From an uncultured archaeon (GTDB taxonomy: Archaea > Aenigmatarchaeota > Aenigmatarchaeia > QMZP01 > JACQNV01): a DNA stretch of 64,000 nt. Within the stretch, counting starts at the first letter, position 1. Every line of letters begins with the position of its first letter. The translations under genes and the position numbers were made by a program. The stretch covers positions 128,001 through 192,000 of the forward strand of contig CAYPFW010000002.1 in the NCBI GenBank assembly GCA_964410585.1, in the 5' to 3' direction. Below the pieces are notes generated by a model. That model did not search any database. It saw only the letters and a list, made by a program, of their open reading frames with translations, and was not told the DNA's origin. Positions 58,256-64,000 of the stretch are shown piece by piece.

Positions 58256-59336
58256 CATACTTTACGAATTTGCAGAAAAAATCAACAAACTTGAAGCTTC
58301 TGGGAAAAAAATAATTAAACTAAATCTAGGCGAGCAGAGCCAGCCAACCCCAAAGATCATAATAAAAGCAGGAATAAAATCCCTGAAAGCAGGAGAGACT
58401 GGCTATGGTTCTGGTTTAGGGGAAAAATATCTCCGCGAAAAAATCGCAGAAATACAAGGAGTTTCTCCAGAAAATGTTGTAGTGACAACTGGATCCAAAA
58501 TTTCAGTTTATTCCTTGATGAAAATACTTTTAGACAAAGGTGACAATGTTATTGTTCCTTCTCCATATTGGCCTGCATATGAACTGATCGCGCAAAACAT
58601 AGGCGCTGATATACGGTTTCTAAAAACAAATTTCGAAGAGTGTTGGGAGGTTGATCCTCAAAAATTAGAGCAAATGATAGACCAAAGAACAAAGGCAATA
58701 ATTCTTACAAACCCAAATAATCCAACATCGACAATGTTGAGTTCAAAAACTTTGAAAGAAATAGTTTCAATTGCAGAAAGAAAAAACATCTATATTTTAT
58801 ACGACAATGCATACATGGGATTGGCTTTCAAAAAACAGGAAAAAATAGAAAGCCCGAACCTGATAAAAATAGAAACCTTTTCAAAAGGCTTTGCAATGAC
58901 TGGTTGGAGAGTTGGGTATACAATTTGCAAAAAAGAGCTTGCAGAAAAAATGTTGAAGTTTAACCAAATAACAACTTCTTGTGTGCCTAAGTTTGTGCAA
59001 AGAGCAGCTTTCGCAGCCTTAGAAAATAGGGAAAAAATACAAAGGAAGATGACAAACATTTCAAAGAAAAGAGCCTCTTTCGCTTGCAAAATTCTTAAAA
59101 AATATAACTTTGATTTTGTGAAACCAGATGCTGGTTTTTATGTTTTTCCAAACATCAAAGTTAACAGCATTCGGCTTGCAGAAAATCTTCTAGAGAAAGG
59201 AATTGGCATTGTTCCAGGCTCTGCTTTTGGCGATTATCAGAACTTTGCGAGAATATCTTTGACAGAAGATCTTCCTGTATTAGAAAAAGTTTTCGAGGAA
59301 ATAAATTCAAGTGTTAATTTTCTACAGACTGTTTGA
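58248..59336 (+). CDS. Class I/II PLP-dependent aminotransferase
   Basis: NPNNPT, DNAY, FSKGFAMTGWRVG. Confidence 0.92.
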   Translation: MSNILYEFAEKINKLEASGKKIIKLNLGEQSQPTPKIIIKAGIKSLKAGETGYGSGLGEKYLREKIAEIQGVSPENVVVTTGSKISVYSLMKILLDKGDNVIVPSPYWPAYELIAQNIGADIRFLKTNFEECWEVDPQKLEQMIDQRTKAIILTNPNNPTSTMLSSKTLKEIVSIAERKNIYILYDNAYMGLAFKKQEKIESPNLIKIETFSKGFAMTGWRVGYTICKKELAEKMLKFNQITTSCVPKFVQRAAFAALENREKIQRKMTNISKKRASFACKILKKYNFDFVKPDAGFYVFPNIKVNSIRLAENLLEKGIGIVPGSAFGDYQNFARISLTEDLPVLEKVFEEINSSVNFLQTV

Positions 59337-59763
59337 AAATCACTCTTTTCCCTAAAACATTTTTAAATGTGTTTAAAAATTTTCCTAAACTTTTTGAGCC
59401 ATAATTGAGACTAATTTCAAAATAATGTTCTTTTTCTGCTTTTATGTAAAGTACAGCTACAATGGCCCCTACATATGCATAATATTTTCTCACTTCAGCC
59501 TTCTTTATGGATTTGAGTGGAATTTCAACACGATGGGGGAAAAACAATTTTCTGGCAACAAATTTTTTGTCATCTATATGGTATACGCTCATCCAGCAAA
59601 GTATGAAAACCATCATAAGCGAGAACAGCCAAAGAGCTGTCGCCCTTTCTGGAAACTCAGAATAAAAATAAAGCCCAGAAACAGTGAAAAACACTATAAG
59701 TATACCTAAGAACAAAAAAGAAAACAAGTTTGGGTACATCGTATAGCTAGTGTTCTTTTTCAT
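59314..59763 (-). CDS. Hypothetical membrane protein
   Basis: Two TM segments; starts in a TGATG overlap with the upstream microprotein. Confidence 0.6.
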   Translation of the reverse strand: MKKNTSYTMYPNLFSFLFLGILIVFFTVSGLYFYSEFPERATALWLFSLMMVFILCWMSVYHIDDKKFVARKLFFPHRVEIPLKSIKKAEVRKYYAYVGAIVAVLYIKAEKEHYFEISLNYGSKSLGKFLNTFKNVLGKRVIFKQSVEN

Positions 59764-59870
59764 CAAACTTTCTCCAGCCTTACAGAACCGCATTTTGGGC
59801 AGACTTTTTGAGCTGGTTCCATAACCATTGGTTTGCCTTCCCAACCACATGCGCACCTAAATTTAGCCAT
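59763..59870 (-). CDS. 35 aa zinc-ribbon microprotein (missed by ORF track)
   Basis: MAKFRCACGWEG...VCPKCGSVRLEKV with CPxCG motif. Confidence 0.65.
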   Translation of the reverse strand: MAKFRCACGWEGKPMVMEPAQKVCPKCGSVRLEKV

Positions 59871-59904
59871 ATACTAATTTGATTTCTCAGAATAAATACT
59901 TAGA

Positions 59905-60288
59905 TTATTTTTCAACTAGCACAGCATTCACAATACCATCTTGTGTTGGCCTAGAAGTGATTTTAGCAAGACCTTTCTCTGTTTGTATAACGCTGCCCTT
60001 TGTCAAAACATTTCTTCGGACAAAGTGAAGGTTTGCCTTGTTGTCTTTTACTGTGAGAATTTTTGTTTTTTCGATTTTTCCTGATTTTGGATCAGCTACA
60101 TTTGCAAATTGAGCTCCAAGAAGCCTTGTTTTAACATTTCCGCCATAGCCTCTTACAGCTTTATTATCATGTTCTTCTATTAGAGGCTCCAAGAATTGGC
60201 TTCCCCTGTCTCTTTTCTTTTTCTTCCTGTTTGCACTAAGCAAACCGCCTGTTGGTTTTCTCTTAGATCTCAAATGCCAAAACGCCAT
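59905..60288 (-). CDS. rps8e: 30S ribosomal protein S8e
   Basis: SKRKPTGG, RG.GGN.K, RRNVLTKG, TSRP.QDG.VNA. Confidence 0.96.
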   Translation of the reverse strand: MAFWHLRSKRKPTGGLLSANRKKKKRDRGSQFLEPLIEEHDNKAVRGYGGNVKTRLLGAQFANVADPKSGKIEKTKILTVKDNKANLHFVRRNVLTKGSVIQTEKGLAKITSRPTQDGIVNAVLVEK

Positions 60289-60300
60289 TTTTATCACCAA

Positions 60301-60364
60301 TTAAATTCGAATTGTAGTTTTCTTTGGGTACGGTATACTTTCTTTTTCTAAAAGAAAGGATAGC
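60301..60364 (-). repeat. R1 copy in rpl37e-rps8e spacer
   Basis: GCTATCCTTTCTTTTAGAAAAAGAAAGTATACCGTACCCAAAGAAAACTAC on the minus strand. Confidence 0.8.
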
Positions 60365-60564
60365 TAATTATCTTTGATGCCTGGTTTTCTGTCTCTGTTT
60401 ATTGTTTTTCTTTTCCAAGCATATGTCATGAGCTTGCTAGCTCTGCCAAAACCGCATGCACTGCAAGCTTTCTTTCTAATATGATATGAATGCCGCCCAC
60501 ATCTTCGGCAAAATATATGGGTCTTCTTATTCTTTTTACCGAAACTCGGCGTACCTTTAGCCAT
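60364..60564 (-). CDS. rpl37e: 50S ribosomal protein L37e
   Basis: [24 protein letters not shown]. Confidence 0.97.
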   Translation of the reverse strand: MAKGTPSFGKKNKKTHIFCRRCGRHSYHIRKKACSACGFGRASKLMTYAWKRKTINRDRKPGIKDN

Positions 60565-60608
60565 AACCAATTAATCCAAATATTCAACAACTAAGATATA
60601 AATACGTT

Positions 60609-60821
60609 TTACGCAGGTGAAACAAGAATTATGTTGTCTCCGCGGACAAGTACCTTTCCAAGCTTCAGGGAATCTTTTTCTCCATTCAATTCAGCGTCCT
60701 CGAGTAGGATGTTTATGTGCTGATCGAATGCTTTTAGTGTCCCTGTTATCATTTCGCTTGATTTTAGGCGTATTAATATTCTTTTGTCTGTTGAATTTCC
60801 CAAAATATCAAAGGGTTTCAT
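60609..60821 (-). CDS. Sm-like (Lsm) protein
   Basis: G.L.AFDQHINILL.DAE, VRGDNI; upstream of rpl37e. Confidence 0.93.
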   Translation of the reverse strand: MKPFDILGNSTDKRILIRLKSSEMITGTLKAFDQHINILLEDAELNGEKDSLKLGKVLVRGDNIILVSPA

Positions 60822-60957
60822 TTTACATCACATTACTACGGCAAAACATAAAACCGCAGTCCAATTTTCATATATTTTAATGGTTTATATGCTTATAAAC
60901 GTTAAAGCAGCGCTTCGCGTATATATAAAATTAGAATATCTAATCTATAGATTTTAA

Positions 60958-61261
60958 GGGCCCATAGCTCAGCCACTACCCCTTTCTTTTCAAAAAGAAA
61001 GGTGTAAGGTATCCCAAAGAAAACGGTATACATTTACACTCTGAAAAAGGAAATGGGAGCTGGAATGGTAGAGCGCTTGCCTCTTAGGAAAAGAAATCGA
61101 TGGATATCGATTCCAACTGAGACAGCAAGATGTCGAGGGTTCGAATGCTAGCCTTTTCTTTAGAAAAGAAAAGTCTACCGTATCCAAAAGAACTAATATT
61201 CAAATGCGGTTGGGTCGAAACACAAGTCGAAGACTCAAGACTGAATTTCCCTCTGGGCCCG
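60958..61261 (+). tRNA. tRNA-Lys(CTT) with three introns (60975-61065, 61087-61123, 61146-61247)
   Basis: Spliced 74 nt GGGCCCATAGCTCAGCC^TGGTAGAGCGCTTGCCTCTTA^AGCAAGATGTCGAGGGTTCGAA^TCCCTCTGGGCCCG folds as a full cloverleaf; BHB-like junctions. Confidence 0.82.
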
Positions 61262-61270
61262 TATTACTTT

Positions 61271-61852
61271 TCAAAACTTCTCTAATATAATTCGATAAAA
61301 TGTATGCCTATGCTTGAATGGTTTTAGATCTGTTCTTTGCATCTTCTTCTTTTGGATTATTTTTGATCTTTTCAAAAGCATCAAGGCCTTTTCAATGCTT
61401 AGTGAGTGAATTTCTTTATTTTTATCAAGACCTGTTATTTTTTCATCCAATGTTATTATTGCCAAACCACCTGTTTTTAGAAGATTTTCTATTCTAGGCA
61501 AGCTTTTTTCTATGTTTGTATAGAAAAGTGTATTTATACAAAGGACAATATCAAATTTGGTTTCTGTAGTTAGATTTTCTATATTACCAACACCAAACTT
61601 TATGTTTGGATAAAGTTTTCTGGCTTCGTCTATAAACCCTTTATTAGAATCTAAACCTTCTGCTATAATCCCATATTTAGAAAGTTTGTAAACTTCCCTT
61701 CCTTGTGCACACCCTATATCCAGAAGCTTCAATCCCTCTACTTTTTTGAAATGAATTTTGATTAATTTTATAATTTCTAATACAGGAGACTCTCTTTTCA
61801 GCCAATGTGACTGTCCAAATTGGACTTTGTTCTTATAAAGTTTTGATATCAT
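61271..61852 (-). CDS. Class I SAM-dependent methyltransferase
   Basis: LLDIGCAQG, GLDS, FDIV. Confidence 0.85.
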   Translation of the reverse strand: MISKLYKNKVQFGQSHWLKRESPVLEIIKLIKIHFKKVEGLKLLDIGCAQGREVYKLSKYGIIAEGLDSNKGFIDEARKLYPNIKFGVGNIENLTTETKFDIVLCINTLFYTNIEKSLPRIENLLKTGGLAIITLDEKITGLDKNKEIHSLSIEKALMLLKRSKIIQKKKMQRTDLKPFKHRHTFYRIILEKF

Positions 61853-61861
61853 ATGAGCACT

Positions 61862-64000
61862 CTATGAAGTTTCATACTCAGAATCAGTAATTGGTTTTGA
61901 AGATTTATTTTTCCAAAAAGTATACCCAACCAAAGCAGCTATCAGGACAACAACAATAATTATAAGCGGCAGCAAAATCGATCCAAAATCAAATCCTTTT
62001 TCAGGTGGTTTAGGACAGTCTAAACTTGCCAGAGGTTTGTTTTTTTCTGTGCCGCAATTGTTTTTGTCTGTGCAGGTCCTTGTTCCACATTGGTTAGTTG
62101 GTTCAGACCAATCAGAGCATCCCCAATCCTCTTGGCAAAGTCCTGTGATTTTGTTCTTTTTTATTTGGAGTTCTGCGCTTTTGGTTTCTTCTCCGTTGAT
62201 ATCCTTTGCTATACACTGCCACTTGTTATCGTTTTCCAAAGTCGCTGAATATTGGGCTGTCCCTTCTTTCTCCTGTCTGTAAAAACTTTCCTTTTTCACC
62301 TCGCCTAAATTTGGCCCAAAAAGTATTTTTATTTCTGACAAACCTTTGTCGTCGGTTGCAGTGCACGTCAATGTTGTTGTATCTTCACCAACTTCTCCAC
62401 TTGGTTCAATTTTTGTAATAACAGGAGGGTTATTTGATATTGTTTGTGCGCCTATTTTGAATGTTGAGTTTGATGCTTTTGTTTTGTTTCCAATAGAACA
62501 TTTTACTGTGTAAACAAAATCACCTTCTGATCCAAACTTTGCCGTTTTTGTGTAAAGATTTGAGTTTTGGTCAAAAATCATTTGGGATTTTTTTGCAGTA
62601 CCAGAAGGATCTGTATCAAATTCTATTTCACAGTTCGCGTTTGTTATAGGCAAATCATTTTCTGTGTAGAATGCGAAAAATTTTGCCTCCTGATTTGGGA
62701 GCCTCTGCAAGAATTTTGTCTCATCAAAAAGATCTAGGCTGATTTTAGACGTTTTCACTAAAACCGCACCGCCTGAGCTCAGTCCTTTTATCTCATAATA
62801 ATTTTTTGAATCAAGTACAATAGAAGAAACTTCTATCCTGTTTTGGTTTATTGTTGCAATTCCTGGAGCTGTTATTGTCCTTTGGCCTGAACAACCTTCG
62901 GATGTATCGTTTACAGAAGTTGCTTCTGGGCAGATTACAATCCCTGAATCAGAGTTTGTGTTTTGCAAATATGCTGTTGGATTTGTTAAACCAATAATAG
63001 AAGATAGGTCTAAATATACAGCACCTTCTCCTGAAACCCCAATTTTTGCAGAAGAAAGATCTATGTTTGTTTCAGAAAAGCCAAGCGTAGCGCCTGCAAC
63101 TGGTCCCAATGTAGGATGTTTTATTAAAACAGGAACATTTGAAAATGATTGGAAGCCTTGGTTCAATTTTTTTCCAGTCAAATCAAAAACCTCAAAACCA
63201 ACAGGCACTGAAATAAGCGAGTGTGTTGTTGCTTCTGCTCCATCTTGTTTCAAAAATAAGCCTTGAATATTATTCCCATTTTGGTATGCAACAAAATAAA
63301 GTCCTGATTTGTTCAAATATGCGATAGAGGGATTGGTTCCAGTTGCTATATTTTTTTTGGAAAAATGTGTGAGTCCCCACGAAATATCAAAGGATGCAAA
63401 TGATATGTTGCCTCCTTCCTGGAAAACAATTCCAAGCTCGCTATCTTTTGTATTGTAGCTAGATTCAGGAAGCCTCTCGTCTTCTGTGGATGTTGAAATT
63501 GGCTTGTCTGGTGTTATTGTAGCACCCTCCTTTATCTTAGTTAAGTATATGTCTTTTCCCAGACCTTGTCTAGAGTCTTCGTACAAAACATAAATTAGGT
63601 CATTTCCCTTTCTTTCCTCTAATTCTGGGAAATTTCTTGCTCCTGTTTCAGTTGATACTAATTGGTCAATTGTGGGAACAGGTGCACCTGTTTTATCAAA
63701 CTCTTTGAAATATAGGTTGTTGTCAGTTGAATTATGGTAGACTATTGTGTATTTAGAAAAATCAGGATCATATACAATTCCTGGATTTGTTTCATCTTGA
63801 GCTGACGCAGTTACCTGAATTTCAGAAAAAATAGGATTTCCTGTTAGACTATATACTTGAAAATAAATATCGTCTTGACCGCTTCTTTTGTCTTGCCAGA
63901 CAATTCCTATTTGCTTGTCTGCGGGATTAAAAGCTATTTTTGGGTTTGATTGTTTGCCTGCTGCTGAGATAGGAAAGTTTATCCCTTGTCCCAGTTTGTC
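61862..64000 (-). CDS. Large surface protein (5' end outside window): propeller-like repeats, Ig-like domain, Cys-rich repeat, C-terminal TM
   Basis: Frame stays open upstream of 63586; IVWQDKRSGQDDIY and LYEDSRQG..DIY repeats; CQEDWGCSDWS...TRTCTD.NNCGT. Confidence 0.8.
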   Translation of the reverse strand, partial: DKLGQGINFPISAAGKQSNPKIAFNPADKQIGIVWQDKRSGQDDIYFQVYSLTGNPIFSEIQVTASAQDETNPGIVYDPDFSKYTIVYHNSTDNNLYFKEFDKTGAPVPTIDQLVSTETGARNFPELEERKGNDLIYVLYEDSRQGLGKDIYLTKIKEGATITPDKPISTSTEDERLPESSYNTKDSELGIVFQEGGNISFASFDISWGLTHFSKKNIATGTNPSIAYLNKSGLYFVAYQNGNNIQGLFLKQDGAEATTHSLISVPVGFEVFDLTGKKLNQGFQSFSNVPVLIKHPTLGPVAGATLGFSETNIDLSSAKIGVSGEGAVYLDLSSIIGLTNPTAYLQNTNSDSGIVICPEATSVNDTSEGCSGQRTITAPGIATINQNRIEVSSIVLDSKNYYEIKGLSSGGAVLVKTSKISLDLFDETKFLQRLPNQEAKFFAFYTENDLPITNANCEIEFDTDPSGTAKKSQMIFDQNSNLYTKTAKFGSEGDFVYTVKCSIGNKTKASNSTFKIGAQTISNNPPVITKIEPSGEVGEDTTTLTCTATDDKGLSEIKILFGPNLGEVKKESFYRQEKEGTAQYSATLENDNKWQCIAKDINGEETKSAELQIKKNKITGLCQEDWGCSDWSEPTNQCGTRTCTDKNNCGTEKNKPLASLDCPKPPEKGFDFGSILLPLIIIVVVLIAALVGYTFWKNKSSKPITDSEYETS

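Noticed and set aside
61081-61129. Alternative identity (Met/Ile CAT or Ala) for the triple-intron tRNA
   Set aside because: Intron TGAG would pair better with CTCA, but the genomic anticodon reads CTT, G73 fits Lys and there is no G3:U70
496-63266. Many 60-170 aa antisense or overlapping ORFs in the track
   Set aside because: Shadows of well-supported genes on the opposite strand, with no motifs

Overview
Low-GC archaeal chromosome segment, most likely from a DPANN lineage (inferred from the gene set, short GatE, expanded TrmB family and multi-intron tRNAs). Core genes: rpl31e, rpl39e, rps19e, rps8e, rps26e, rpl37e, eIF6, Lsm, Rpp21, TruD, Taw2, CCA-adding enzyme, GatE, DnaG, RadA, RPA/SSB, YchF. 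Four tRNAs: Pro (no intron), Thr (1 intron), Gly (2 introns) and Lys (3 introns). Three type II toxin-antitoxin modules and a cluster of secreted/surface proteins are also present. Two features stand out. (1) A ~12 kb Liv-type ABC transporter locus in which each of four substrate-binding proteins is paired head-to-head with its own TrmB-family regulator and its own palindromic operator. (2) Families of short, modular palindromic repeats dispersed through intergenic spacers, nested inside each other and making up much of three non-canonical tRNA introns. All calls are from manual reading of sequence and motifs; no database searches were run.
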